Shown here: in pieces, positions 30,799-39,997 of the stretch
Layout: each line of letters begins with the position of its first letter
Numbering within the stretch: position 1 is the first letter of the stretch
Assembly: GCA_965207065.1 (NCBI GenBank)
Contig: OZ242260.1
Location: 2,784,001 to 2,848,000 of the forward strand
Length of the DNA: 64,000 nt
Direction of reading: 5' to 3'
Source: a bacterium
Lineage (GTDB): Bacteria > UBA8248
Position numbers and translations under genes: made by a program
Notes under the pieces: model-generated
Databases searched by the model: none
The model's input: the letters and a program-made list of their open reading frames with translations, nothing else
Told to the model about the DNA's origin: nothing

Positions 30799-31088
30799 TC
30801 GGCCTCCGCGAGGAGGCGGACGGCGTCAGCTTTGAGGTTCGGGTCCAGCCGCGTTCATCCAAAATGGAAATCACCGGAGTCCAGGACGGCGCCCTGCGGG
30901 TGCGGCTGACGGCGCCGCCCGTGGAAGGCGCCGCAAACATACAGTGCATCGAGTTGCTCTCCCGTAAAATGAAGGTTCCAAAACGCTCCATACGAATCGC
31001 CTCGGGCGCGAGAGCGCGCAGAAAGCGCCTGAAGGTCCTGGGACTGGGCATCGAAGAGGTGAGGGATATCCTGAGCGCCATGGCGTAG
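30795..31088 (+). CDS. yggU: DUF167/YggU family protein
   Basis: VRVQPRSS, LTAPPVEGAAN, I.SG..AR.K. Confidence 0.9.
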   Translation: MIGLREEADGVSFEVRVQPRSSKMEITGVQDGALRVRLTAPPVEGAANIQCIELLSRKMKVPKRSIRIASGARARRKRLKVLGLGIEEVRDILSAMA

Positions 31089-31093
31089 AAGCC

Positions 31094-32218
31094 ATGTGCC
31101 CGCGCAAAGCGATGAATGAGAGAATCCGGATGGGCGGGAAAAAAGAGATTGAGGGAAATTTTCACACCATGGCGTTTCGGGACGGCGCTCTCGTTCTTCT
31201 CGATCAGCGGAAACTTCCCCGAGAAGAGGTGTATCTCGAATACCGCACGGAAGACGATGTGGCCGAGGCCATCAAGACCATGGTGGTGCGCGGCGCGCCC
31301 GCCATCGGGATAGCGGCGGCTTATGGCATGGCCCTGGCCGCCGCCCGCCACGCGGGTTCAGGCGGCGATGCGCAGCGCGAGGCGCTCGAGCGGGCGGCCC
31401 GGGTGCTGGGCGACACGCGCCCCACGGCGGTGAATCTCTTCTGGGCGATAGAAAAAATGATGGCGCACGTCGACCATAGCGACTCGGCGCCCGAAGGGCT
31501 GGCCGATGAACTCCTCCGCCTGGCGAGGGATATGCACGAGGAGGACGCCGCGATTTGCCGCCGGATAGGCGACCTGGGCGCTGAGTTGCTGCAGGAGGGG
31601 AGCAGCGTTCTCACCCATTGCAACGCCGGCGCGCTTGCGACCGCAGGCTACGGCACGGCGGGCGGCGTGATTCGCAGCGGCTTTCGGGACGGACGGGTGC
31701 GGGAGGTTTTCGTGGACGAGACCAGACCCTTCCTGCAGGGAGCGCGCCTCACCGCCTGGGAGTTGAGCCGCGACGGCATCCCCGTCGTGCTCATCACCGA
31801 CAACATGGCCGCGCATTGCATGAGCCTGGGAAGGATAGACGCGATTGTGGTAGGTGCGGACCGCGTGGCCGCGAACGGGGACGTCGCCAATAAAATCGGC
31901 ACGTATGGCCTCGCGGTGCTCGCGAGAGAACACGGGGTGCCCTTTTACGTGGCGGCGCCGACGAGCACCGTCGACATGGAGGCGAAAAGCGGCGCGGACA
32001 TTCCCATCGAAGAACGCCCCGAGGAGGAGGTTCGCTCCTTCGGCGGCCGGCCCGTCGCGCCGGAGGGGGTAAGCGTCTTCAACCCCGCTTTCGACGTGAC
32101 GCCCGCGCGTTTCGTGGACGCCCTGGTGACGGAGCGGGGGGTAGTGCGCCTCGCGGAAGGGGAGTCTCTCGGCCTATACTACAAGATGTCAGGTTTGCCG
32201 TTTCAAAGCGAGATGTAG
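31094..32218 (+). CDS. mtnA: S-methyl-5-thioribose-1-phosphate isomerase (start uncertain)
   Basis: LDQRKLP, MVVRGAPAIG, RPTAVNL, THCNAG.LAT, ETRP.LQG.RLT, NKIGT, NPAFDVTP. Confidence 0.95.
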   Translation: MCPRKAMNERIRMGGKKEIEGNFHTMAFRDGALVLLDQRKLPREEVYLEYRTEDDVAEAIKTMVVRGAPAIGIAAAYGMALAAARHAGSGGDAQREALERAARVLGDTRPTAVNLFWAIEKMMAHVDHSDSAPEGLADELLRLARDMHEEDAAICRRIGDLGAELLQEGSSVLTHCNAGALATAGYGTAGGVIRSGFRDGRVREVFVDETRPFLQGARLTAWELSRDGIPVVLITDNMAAHCMSLGRIDAIVVGADRVAANGDVANKIGTYGLAVLAREHGVPFYVAAPTSTVDMEAKSGADIPIEERPEEEVRSFGGRPVAPEGVSVFNPAFDVTPARFVDALVTERGVVRLAEGESLGLYYKMSGLPFQSEM

Positions 32219-32228
32219 ACTGCTCGTG

Positions 32229-32258
32229 TTGACTTCCGGCACGCGTGCGGGCTATAAA
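32229..32258 (+). promoter_or_regulatory. Putative tRNA promoter
   Basis: TTGACT, 18-bp spacer, TATAAA, about 40 bp upstream of the tRNA. Confidence 0.55.
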
Positions 32259-32297
32259 CCGACATTCTTCGGGCGGTTTTGAAGAGTTGTTTTCATG

Positions 32298-32375
32298 GGG
32301 GCTGTAGCGAAGTTTGGTTATCGCGCTGGCCTGTCAAGCCAGAGATCGCGGGTTCGAGTCCCGTCAGCCCCGCCA
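32298..32375 (+). tRNA. tRNA-Asp(GTC)
   Basis: Acceptor GGGGCTG/CAGCCCC, anticodon arm CTGGC-CTGTCAA-GCCAG, GGTTCGAGTCC T arm, G discriminator, encoded CCA. Confidence 0.97.
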
Positions 32376-32688
32376 CTTTCAACTCCGCTCAGAATCTTCG
32401 CCTTTAAAGAGTATACAGGCGAATATGCCGCTCATTCTCATGCCGACGTCAGAATTCGGGCGAGCTTTGGTCTTCGGCGGGGTGTTGGTGTATAGTAAAT
32501 TTTAATGTATTCAATTTATTTTATTTATAGATTAAATTTCGCTTTCCTACATCATGAGCGAATCATTCATGATTTACCGGCGTATGGTTTGATCGGTGTC
32601 GATGGTATGTCGACGCTGTAAGACTTTGCGTCTTTTTACAACTCCTTGGGCCGTCTCAAGGAAGTCTTCTATTTCGAGGAGAAACGGA

Positions 32689-33678
32689 ATGAAAAGATTT
32701 GTTGGTTTCGCACTGGCCGCCGCGTTCGTAGTGGGTACGTTCGTGGTGGTCGCACCGGCCGAATCGGCGACGCTGCGAATCGGCGCGCACCGCTCCATGT
32801 GGGGTTCTTTCGAGATTATCGCCGACCGCATGGGCTACTGGAAGAAAGAGGGCCTCAAATACACAATCGGCCACTTCAAGCAGGGCAAACTGATGCGCAA
32901 CGCCATCATCCAGGACAACCTGGATACCGGCACCACGGGTTTCTCGCCCTTCACCACGGCGATCTCCAAGGGCGCGCGGATCATGGGCATCGGCGTGACG
33001 GCGAACATGTGTGAAGCCATCAACATCATCGTGCCCGTGAAGTCGAAGGCGAAGAGCCTCAATGATCTCAAGGGCTCGGTGTTCGCCAACAAGAAGGGCA
33101 CGAGCACGGACTTCTCCTTCCAGGCCTTCGTCCTTCCCGCGTATGGCCTGAAAAGCTCCGATTTCCCGCTTCTGAGCGTCCGCGCCACCGAGCGCATCGC
33201 CGCGCTGATATCCGGCGCCGCCAAGGCGGCCATGGTCGGCGAGCCGCAGGGTGAAATCGCCCGCGAGGCCGGCTACGTCCGCTATCTTGAGGACCTCTGC
33301 AAGTACGACAACCCGAGCATGATGCACGTGGGCAACCCCCAGACCATGAAAAAACACCCCGACCTTTACTACAAATACTTCCGGGGTTGGCTGAAGGCCC
33401 ACCAGTTGGTGAAGAACGACCCCGAGAAGTACGCCAAGGTCTATACCAAAGCGTTGCAGGAAGTCGGCGACAAGGCCAAGGAGAGCACCACGCTCAAGGT
33501 CATCAAGAAGCTGAAGTCCGAATTGTACCTGAGCGATCGCGTGAGGAGCTACCTGAACAAGATGGGTGACAAGCAGAAGGAATTCGGCTGGATCAAGAGC
33601 CGCCCAGACTTCAGAAAGAGCCCGTGGCTGAATGACTCCATCCTCCGCAAGGCCGCGAAGGACATCGGCTTCAACTAG
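32689..33678 (+). CDS. ABC transporter substrate-binding protein, NitT/TauT (SsuA/NMT1-like)
   Basis: Signal peptide, SLNDLKG, KGTSTD, GEPQ; similar layout to SsuA/THI5 class. Confidence 0.8.
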   Translation: MKRFVGFALAAAFVVGTFVVVAPAESATLRIGAHRSMWGSFEIIADRMGYWKKEGLKYTIGHFKQGKLMRNAIIQDNLDTGTTGFSPFTTAISKGARIMGIGVTANMCEAINIIVPVKSKAKSLNDLKGSVFANKKGTSTDFSFQAFVLPAYGLKSSDFPLLSVRATERIAALISGAAKAAMVGEPQGEIAREAGYVRYLEDLCKYDNPSMMHVGNPQTMKKHPDLYYKYFRGWLKAHQLVKNDPEKYAKVYTKALQEVGDKAKESTTLKVIKKLKSELYLSDRVRSYLNKMGDKQKEFGWIKSRPDFRKSPWLNDSILRKAAKDIGFN

Positions 33679-33698
33679 GCGACACGTATACGCAAGAC

Positions 33699-33748
33699 GC
33701 AAAACAAAAGCCCCCGGGAGTATCCGCTCCCGGGGGCTTTTGTTTTGC
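33699..33748. terminator. Bidirectional intrinsic terminator
   Basis: 22-bp perfect inverted repeat GCAAAACAAAAGCCCCCGGGAG / CTCCCGGGGGCTTTTGTTTTGC. Confidence 0.85.
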
Positions 33749-33775
33749 TGGAGCCGGATGATCACGCCCTGGATC

Positions 33776-33943
33776 GGGTTGTTGAAAACGCCTTCATCGG
33801 TCGGGGTCGCGGTATTCGGTAGTCAGACAGGCTCCCGTGTTTGTCCGAGGTCGCTGTAGGGACAGGTTGTCCCTACGGGCTCACCTCCCGCCGTCATTCC
33901 GGCGGCGCCAAATTCCGAGTGAGGAGAGGTTTTTCAACAACCC
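33776..33943. mobile_element. MITE-like non-autonomous element (168 bp)
   Basis: 13-bp perfect terminal inverted repeats GGGTTGTTGAAAA / TTTTCAACAACCC; internal GTAG hairpins. Confidence 0.55.
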
Positions 33944-33957
33944 CAAGTAGAGGGTTT

Positions 33958-34089
33958 GTAGGGACAGGCCCCTGTGCCTGTCCGAGGCATCCGGACCTCT
34001 TCTTGCAAAGCGCAACCGCTGGGATGGAATGGAAATACAAATACGGGTGGACATAGAGGTTCATGGCGGCCACGGAGGGCCGCCCCTAC
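33958..34089. repeat. GTAG REP doublet (REPIN-like)
   Basis: GTAGGGACAGGCCCCTGTGCCTGTCC facing GGCGGCCACGGAGGGCCGCCCCTAC. Confidence 0.7.
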
Positions 34090-34189
34090 GGAAGCTCCAC
34101 CGCCTTTTGAAACCAATCCCCCACAGGGGGCTATTTCCTGTATCTGTGGGTAGTAGAAGGTGCGCGCAGGACTCATCCTCCCGAAACAT

Positions 34190-34222
34190 AAAAAAACCGG
34201 GCGCGACTCTCGTCGCGCCCGG
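34190..34222 (-). terminator. Intrinsic terminator of the ABC permease
   Basis: CCGGGCGCGAC-TCTC-GTCGCGCCCGG stem with A7 on its left (U-tract on minus strand). Confidence 0.8.
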
Positions 34223-34248
34223 CAGGTAAGCGTTTGTATTTGTTCTGG

Positions 34249-35175
34249 TTACACTTTTTTGTCCTGCGCGCCCATCGCCTCCATCATACCCCAGCGGATG
34301 ACGGTGCGGCTCTCGATGGGCTGGAAGAGCGCCTTCTCGAGAATGAAGCCGAAAAGCCCAAGTACGGAAAGAGCAACCATCATGAACGCGATGTCGAGGT
34401 ATTCCTGCGCGTCGAAAATGCCGGCGGAAAGTCCCCAGCGGATGCCCGCGAACGCCTCCGCCCCCACGCCGGCGCGCCAGGCGCGCGCCAATCCGATGCG
34501 CAGACCGCTCAGAATCATCGGGAGCGAGCCGGGCAGGACGACGGTGCGGAAAATCGTCATCTTGTCCGCGTTCATCGACTGGGCCGCGCGTATCCATACC
34601 GGGTTCACGGTTTTCACCCCCGTCCAGACCGCCATGGCGATGGGCAGGAACGAGGCGAAGGCCGTGATGACGATGACCGTCTGATCTCCGATGCCCGACC
34701 AGATGACGACGATGGGTGTCCACGCGATGGCCGGAATCGGCAGCAACACGGAGAGAAGCGGCACGAAGAACGATTCCCAGAAAGCGAAGCGTCCCATCAA
34801 GATTCCCACGATGGTGCCCACGATGGCGGCGATAAAGAACGAGAACGGAAGGCGCCACGCGGTGTTGAGCGTATGGAGCAGAATCGGGCTCTCAAAAAGT
34901 TTCCAGATCTGATCCATGATTCCCAGGTTCGGGTTCTCGGCCAATGCACGGAACAGGGGATCGGTGACGAGTTCCCATGCCCTGAAGACAATCGCGTCCA
35001 CGGTGGGGAAGAGCCTGCCCTGGTTGCCCTGGGCCTGCATGGCGGCGACTTGCCAGATGGCGAGGATGACGATGAACGGGTAGATCGGCCTGAGCTTCAC
35101 CCAAATGGGCGACCTCACCTCTTTTTTCTTCTCGTCCAACGATGGAGGAACAGGCGTTGCCTCGGTTGTCTGCAT
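34249..35175 (-). CDS. ABC transporter permease, SsuC/TauC type
   Basis: PIPAIAWTP, EAA-like RAAQSMNA, VVLPGSLP.I.SGLRIG, AE. Confidence 0.9.
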   Translation of the reverse strand: MQTTEATPVPPSLDEKKKEVRSPIWVKLRPIYPFIVILAIWQVAAMQAQGNQGRLFPTVDAIVFRAWELVTDPLFRALAENPNLGIMDQIWKLFESPILLHTLNTAWRLPFSFFIAAIVGTIVGILMGRFAFWESFFVPLLSVLLPIPAIAWTPIVVIWSGIGDQTVIVITAFASFLPIAMAVWTGVKTVNPVWIRAAQSMNADKMTIFRTVVLPGSLPMILSGLRIGLARAWRAGVGAEAFAGIRWGLSAGIFDAQEYLDIAFMMVALSVLGLFGFILEKALFQPIESRTVIRWGMMEAMGAQDKKV

Positions 35176-35188
35176 GGATAATTCCTCT

Positions 35189-35935
35189 CTAAAAATCGCG
35201 AATCAAATCGTTCACGTGTTTTTGCAGTTTGATGAACTCGGGCGCGAGGTCGTCGCGGGGCCTGGGTAGATCGACTCTCACGATCTCGCGGATTCTCCCC
35301 GGATTCGGTACAAACACGACGATCCGGTTCCCGAGATAGACGGCTTCGCTCAGGTTGTGCGTGACATAGAGGATCGTCTTTTTCGTCTTCTGCCATACGT
35401 CGACGGTCAACTCCTGCAACTCCTCGCGCGTCTGGGCGTCGAGCGCGCCGAAGGGCTCGTCCATCAGTAGGATTTGCGGGTCGAACGCCATGGCTCTCGC
35501 CACCGCCACGCGCTGGCGCATACCGCCCGAGAGGTTGTGGGGAAAGAAATCGGCAAATTCCTCGAGGCGGACGAGACGAAGAAACTCGAACGCGATTTCT
35601 CTGCGCTCCTTCTCGGGGAAGTTTCTGATCTCGAGGCCGTATTCCACGTTCTGTCTGGCCGTGCGCCACGGGAAGAGGGCGTATTCCTGGAACACGACGC
35701 CCTTGTCGTAGTCCTGGGTGAGCGTTTTTCCGTCCATGGTGATTGTGCCCGCGGTGATCTCGACGAAGCCGGCGAGCATGTTCAGCAGCGTCGTTTTTCC
35801 GCAGCCCGAAAGCCCCACGAGGCAGATGAACTCGCCGTCCTCGATGTTGAGGGTCACATCCTCGAGAGCGTGGACTCTTCTTTCGGGTGTGTCATAGATT
35901 TTTCTCAAATTCTGAATCGATATTTTGGTTACCAT
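35189..35935 (-). CDS. ABC transporter ATP-binding protein, SsuB/TauB type
   Basis: GLSGCGKTT, VFQEYALFPW, LSGGMRQR, LLMDEPFGALDAQTR, VTH. Confidence 0.93.
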   Translation of the reverse strand: MVTKISIQNLRKIYDTPERRVHALEDVTLNIEDGEFICLVGLSGCGKTTLLNMLAGFVEITAGTITMDGKTLTQDYDKGVVFQEYALFPWRTARQNVEYGLEIRNFPEKERREIAFEFLRLVRLEEFADFFPHNLSGGMRQRVAVARAMAFDPQILLMDEPFGALDAQTREELQELTVDVWQKTKKTILYVTHNLSEAVYLGNRIVVFVPNPGRIREIVRVDLPRPRDDLAPEFIKLQKHVNDLIRDF

Positions 35936-36221
35936 AAATAATAGTATTCCCAATATGATGAAAGACATAGCCTTTCGGGTGAATTGAAATCGAAACGAAG
36001 CAGGATGATTCTAGCAAATACATAACGAGAGAGAAACCGCAATTATACTTTCACGATGATTTGTAATAATCTCATGTTCGTTCATCTATGTTGATGAGTG
36101 GCTCACAGCCAAAAAGTATTGATATTGCTTGAGATTTGGGTGTATCCCCAAGTCATGTGAATATTGGTTTGCTCCGTATGCCGGGATGAATCCCGGGCGG
36201 GAATACCGGAAAGGGTTCTTG

Positions 36222-37445
36222 ATGGATGGTCGACTTCCGCTGGAGGGGCTTCGGATACTGGCGGTGGAGCAGTTCGGCGCGGGGCCGCTGGCCTCGCAAC
36301 TGTTGGCGGACATGGGGGCCGAGGTCCTGAAAATCGAGGACCACGCCGTGGGCGGCGATTCCGCGCGGCCCGTCCCCCCGTATGCCCTGCCGGACAACGA
36401 CAGCTATTATTTCCAGTCCTTCAACCGCAACAAGAAGAGCGTCGCGCTTAGGATTCGCACGCCCGAGGGCAAGGCCATACTGCGAAGACTCGTGCCGAAA
36501 GCGGATGCGCTCTATGCGAATTGCCGGGGTGATGCGCCGGAGAAACTCGAATTAACATATAAACACTTAAGCCCCTACAACGAGAAAATCGTGTGCTGTT
36601 TCCTCTCAGGCTACGGGATGACGGGACCCAGAGCGCCCGAGCCGGCCTATGACTACCTCATGCAGGCCTATGCGGGCATCATGGACCTGACGGGAGAGCC
36701 CGACGGTCCCCCCACCAAGGCGGGCGTGAGTTTCGTGGATTTCTCGGGCGGGTTCATATCGCTCGTCGGCCTGCTGGCCGCGTTGTGGGAGGCGAACCGC
36801 ACCGGCAAGGGCAGGGACGTAGACGTTGCGCTCATGGACGGCGCCCTGGTTCAGCTTGCGTACATGGCCACCTGGGCGCTCAACTGCGGCTACGTGCCGC
36901 AAAAATTCTCCCGAAGCGCGCATCCCTCGATGGTGCCCGCGCAGAATTTCGAGACCAAAGACGGCTGGATAAGCGTGCTTTGCCTGAAACAGAGTTTCTT
37001 CCCCATCCTCGTCGAGCGCATGGGGATGCCGGCGCTGGCCGAGGACCCGCGCTTCAAGCTGGCGCAGGATCGTTTCGAGAACCGGGTAGTTCTGCTGGAT
37101 ATTCTCGAAAGGGCGTTTCAGGAAAAGACGAACGCGGAGTGGACCGACCTGCTCCAGGGCCACGTTCCCTTCGCGCCGGTGAACACCGTGGCGCAGGCGA
37201 TGGAAGACCCCCAGATTCTGGCGCGGGACATGATTGTCGAGATGGAGCACCCCGCGGCGGGGACGATGAAGGTACTGGGGCCGCCCATCAGGCTGCCGGG
37301 CGCGGATATGAAGTACAAGCGGGCGCCTTATCTGGGCGAGCACACGAGAGAGGTTCTGGGCGATCTGCTCGGTATGGAGGATGACGAACTCGAGGTCTTG
37401 AGAGAGAAAAATATCGTATCCTGGAACACTCCGCCTGAGGGGTAG
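36222..37445 (+). CDS. CoA-transferase family III (CaiB/BaiF)
   Basis: PLEGLRIL, AGP, LADMGAEVLKIE, NRNKKS, GYGMTGP, catalytic Asp in SFVDFSGG, APYLGEHT. Confidence 0.93.
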   Translation: MDGRLPLEGLRILAVEQFGAGPLASQLLADMGAEVLKIEDHAVGGDSARPVPPYALPDNDSYYFQSFNRNKKSVALRIRTPEGKAILRRLVPKADALYANCRGDAPEKLELTYKHLSPYNEKIVCCFLSGYGMTGPRAPEPAYDYLMQAYAGIMDLTGEPDGPPTKAGVSFVDFSGGFISLVGLLAALWEANRTGKGRDVDVALMDGALVQLAYMATWALNCGYVPQKFSRSAHPSMVPAQNFETKDGWISVLCLKQSFFPILVERMGMPALAEDPRFKLAQDRFENRVVLLDILERAFQEKTNAEWTDLLQGHVPFAPVNTVAQAMEDPQILARDMIVEMEHPAAGTMKVLGPPIRLPGADMKYKRAPYLGEHTREVLGDLLGMEDDELEVLREKNIVSWNTPPEG

Positions 37446-37500
37446 CGCGCAGGACAGAGAGAATATTCCGGGTTTCATTCACATTATTGGAGGTGATCTC

Positions 37501-37929
37501 ATGGCGGATTTGCCTGTACCGCAAGTCGTAAATTCCCTGGACGTGGACGAGGACAAGGCCTATGAGCCGCCCTACGATATTCGCTGGGGCGTGAACCAGG
37601 AGACGACGGGGACGGATACCATCACGATGGGGAGAACCATCATCCCGCCCCGGGGCCGCAACGCGCTGCACTATCATAAAAACTGCGACACCACGATCTA
37701 CGTGGTGAAAGGCCCCATCAACATTTACTGGAAAGATGGGGAAGAGATCGAAAGAAAGGAAATACCCGTCGGCCACTTCGTCTATTTCCCCTGCGGGTGC
37801 ATTCACGGGCAGGAGAACCCGAGCACGGACGGACCGGCGGAGTTGATTTTCACCTACGGCGGAATGCCCAACAAGGAAGCGGCCGGCACGACGTTCGTGG
37901 ACGACCCGAGAGACCCGCTGAGAGACTAG
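37501..37929 (+). CDS. Cupin domain protein
   Basis: HYH...D..IYVVKG and G..VYFP.G.IH cupin motifs. Confidence 0.85.
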   Translation: MADLPVPQVVNSLDVDEDKAYEPPYDIRWGVNQETTGTDTITMGRTIIPPRGRNALHYHKNCDTTIYVVKGPINIYWKDGEEIERKEIPVGHFVYFPCGCIHGQENPSTDGPAELIFTYGGMPNKEAAGTTFVDDPRDPLRD

Positions 37930-37984
37930 CTTTCGCTTTTCCGGGGCGCTTTCCATCCGTTCGCCATCGACCGAGAATGAGGAG

Positions 37985-38881
37985 ATGAGAACACGCATGT
38001 TTTCCCCACGATTCCTCGTTTGTCTGCTCCTCACATGCTTCCTGGGCGTCACCGGCTCGTTCGTTCATGGACAGCAGGCCAGGAAGAAAATTTCCGGCTT
38101 CGACGGCGCTACGCTGGTGCACGTGCCCCCGGGCTGGTTCGTGATGGGCAGCAAACACGGCGACAAGGACGAGCGCCCGCCCCGGAAAATCTTCGTGCCG
38201 GGTTTCTGGATCGGCGAGACCGAGGCGACGGCGGAGCGCTTCGCGCGCTTCGTCTCCCAAACGGGCTACAAGACGACGGCCGAGAAGCGGAAATGGTCCT
38301 GGACCTGGGACGCTTCCTTGAGGAAGGGAAAGGGCGGCTGGCGAAAGACGAAGGATGCGAATTGGCGCCGGCCCGAAGGTCCGAAGTCGAACTGGAAAAG
38401 CGTTCCGAAACAACCCGTCTCGCACGTGAGCTGGCCCGACGCGGAAGCCTATTGCCAGTGGGCGGGCAGGCGCCTGCCGACCGAGGCGGAATGGGAGCAC
38501 GCGGCGCGCGGGGGGGACGGAAGACGCTACCCCTGGGGCAAGGCGCGCGACGCGATGAGAGCCAACCTGAAAGGGGGAAAGGACGGATTCCCCGGCGTCG
38601 CCCCCGTGGGCCGCTTTCCGAAAGGCGCGAGCCCGTTCGGGGCGCTCGACATGTCCGGCAACGTCTGGGAGTGGGTGGCCGACCGCTATGGATCGAGAGC
38701 CTATAAGAAAATGGCCGAGCGCGACCCGCACGGCCCTGCAAAAGGAAAAACCAGAGTCGTTCGCGGCGCGTCCTGGGGTAGTCCGGTCGCCTGGGCCACG
38801 GCGCACAACCGCTACCACCGCCCGCCCGATTATACGAACAACAAGATCGGCTTTCGCTGCGCCACGGGTGAGGGTGGTTGA
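37985..38881 (+). CDS. Secreted FGE-sulfatase (SUMF1/C-lectin fold) domain protein
   Basis: Signal peptide, [44 protein letters not shown]. Confidence 0.9.
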   Translation: MRTRMFSPRFLVCLLLTCFLGVTGSFVHGQQARKKISGFDGATLVHVPPGWFVMGSKHGDKDERPPRKIFVPGFWIGETEATAERFARFVSQTGYKTTAEKRKWSWTWDASLRKGKGGWRKTKDANWRRPEGPKSNWKSVPKQPVSHVSWPDAEAYCQWAGRRLPTEAEWEHAARGGDGRRYPWGKARDAMRANLKGGKDGFPGVAPVGRFPKGASPFGALDMSGNVWEWVADRYGSRAYKKMAERDPHGPAKGKTRVVRGASWGSPVAWATAHNRYHRPPDYTNNKIGFRCATGEGG

Positions 38882-39070
38882 TAGGGCCTTCGCTGCATGG
38901 GAATGAGCGGCGGTGAGGGGATGAAAGCAAAGCTGCGCGTGCGAGAGGGCGAATATCATGGCCGGAGACGCACGACGCGATTGTCCATAAGCGGCAAACG
39001 CAGAATACACGCTGCAGATGGCTTGCGACTCGTCAGGAATAGAGCAGGAAAATCAGACTGAGCACCGTCT

Positions 39071-39331
39071 TTATTTCGACGTTCTTTCAATCAGGGCTTC
39101 CAGCGCTCTCATACTTTCTCGGTGACGGGCATCCAGAGCGGCCATAGTTTGCTCATGCCAGCGCTTGCTTTCCTCGTGCAGGCGCTGGCTTTGTTCTTCC
39201 CTTCTCTCTGTGCCGCGTTGCATCAGCCTCAGCCCGTACCAGATGAGCGCGCATTGTCCGACGCCCACGATGAGCGATATGAAGGCGTGAACTGCAGAAA
39301 TCCAGAGCGTAAGTATTTCGAATTCCGTCAT
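39071..39331 (-). CDS. Small single-TM coiled-coil protein, paralog A
   Basis: 86 aa; GAGG RBS and promoter upstream; clear paralogy to 39557-39808 and 48958-49290. Confidence 0.8.
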   Translation of the reverse strand: MTEFEILTLWISAVHAFISLIVGVGQCALIWYGLRLMQRGTERREEQSQRLHEESKRWHEQTMAALDARHRESMRALEALIERTSK

Positions 39332-39376
39332 CTTTTCCTCTCCGCGGGTCTGGATTGGGAGTGGAGTAGTTTTTCA

Positions 39377-39405
39377 AATATGACGCACAGAGAAGGATAA
39401 ATCAA
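39377..39405 (-). promoter_or_regulatory. Putative sigma70 promoter of paralog A
   Basis: Minus strand TTGATT, 17-bp spacer, CATATT; architecture conserved in copy B. Confidence 0.6.
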
Positions 39406-39556
39406 CGTCCGCCTTCGCTCGCATCATGTCATTCGTTCGGATTGCCCCGGAAGAATGGGTTGCGCCACCGGGATGATGGACTGACGCCGCGCGAGAGGCG
39501 CGTGCATCAAGAAAATGCCGAGGGAAATCAGACGGAGCGCCGGTTTTTTTCTCCGC

Positions 39557-39808
39557 TCACTTCGACGTTCTCTCAATCAGGGCTTCCAGGGCTCTCATGC
39601 TTTCGCGGTGGCGGGTGTCCAGAGCGGCCATGGTTTCTTCATGCTGCTTGTCTCTGGCTGCCGAAGCGCGGCTCATCTGTTTCAGCCCATACAAAATGAG
39701 AAAACACTGAACGCTGCCCACGATGAGCGATATGAAGGCGTGAACTGCAGAAATCCAGAGGCCAATACGTGATAGTTCGAGCGTCGCTAATTCAAATTGC
39801 GTCATCAT
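39557..39808 (-). CDS. Small single-TM coiled-coil protein, paralog B
   Basis: Shares WISAVHAFISLIVG and RHRESMRALEALIERTSK with paralog A. Confidence 0.8.
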   Translation of the reverse strand: MMTQFELATLELSRIGLWISAVHAFISLIVGSVQCFLILYGLKQMSRASAARDKQHEETMAALDTRHRESMRALEALIERTSK

Positions 39809-39850
39809 TTCCTCTCCGCGGGTCTGAATTGGGAGTGGAGTAGCCTCTCG

Positions 39851-39879
39851 AATATGAAGGATGGTGGAGGATAAAGCAA
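39851..39879 (-). promoter_or_regulatory. Putative sigma70 promoter of paralog B
   Basis: Minus strand TTGCTT, 17-bp spacer, CATATT. Confidence 0.6.
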
Positions 39880-39997
39880 CTTTCGCCGTTGCTCGTATTA
39901 CGATTATCGTTCTGGATGTGCGACGGTCTTCATTTTGTGGAAATTCTTGCCGACCTATTCGTCGGGCGCAGGGTCGCCGCTATCTGAGCAAAAACCC

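Noticed and set aside
38760-39070. FGE/C-lectin C-terminus as a diversity-generating retroelement target
   Set aside because: No template repeat differing at adenines and no reverse transcriptase in the window.
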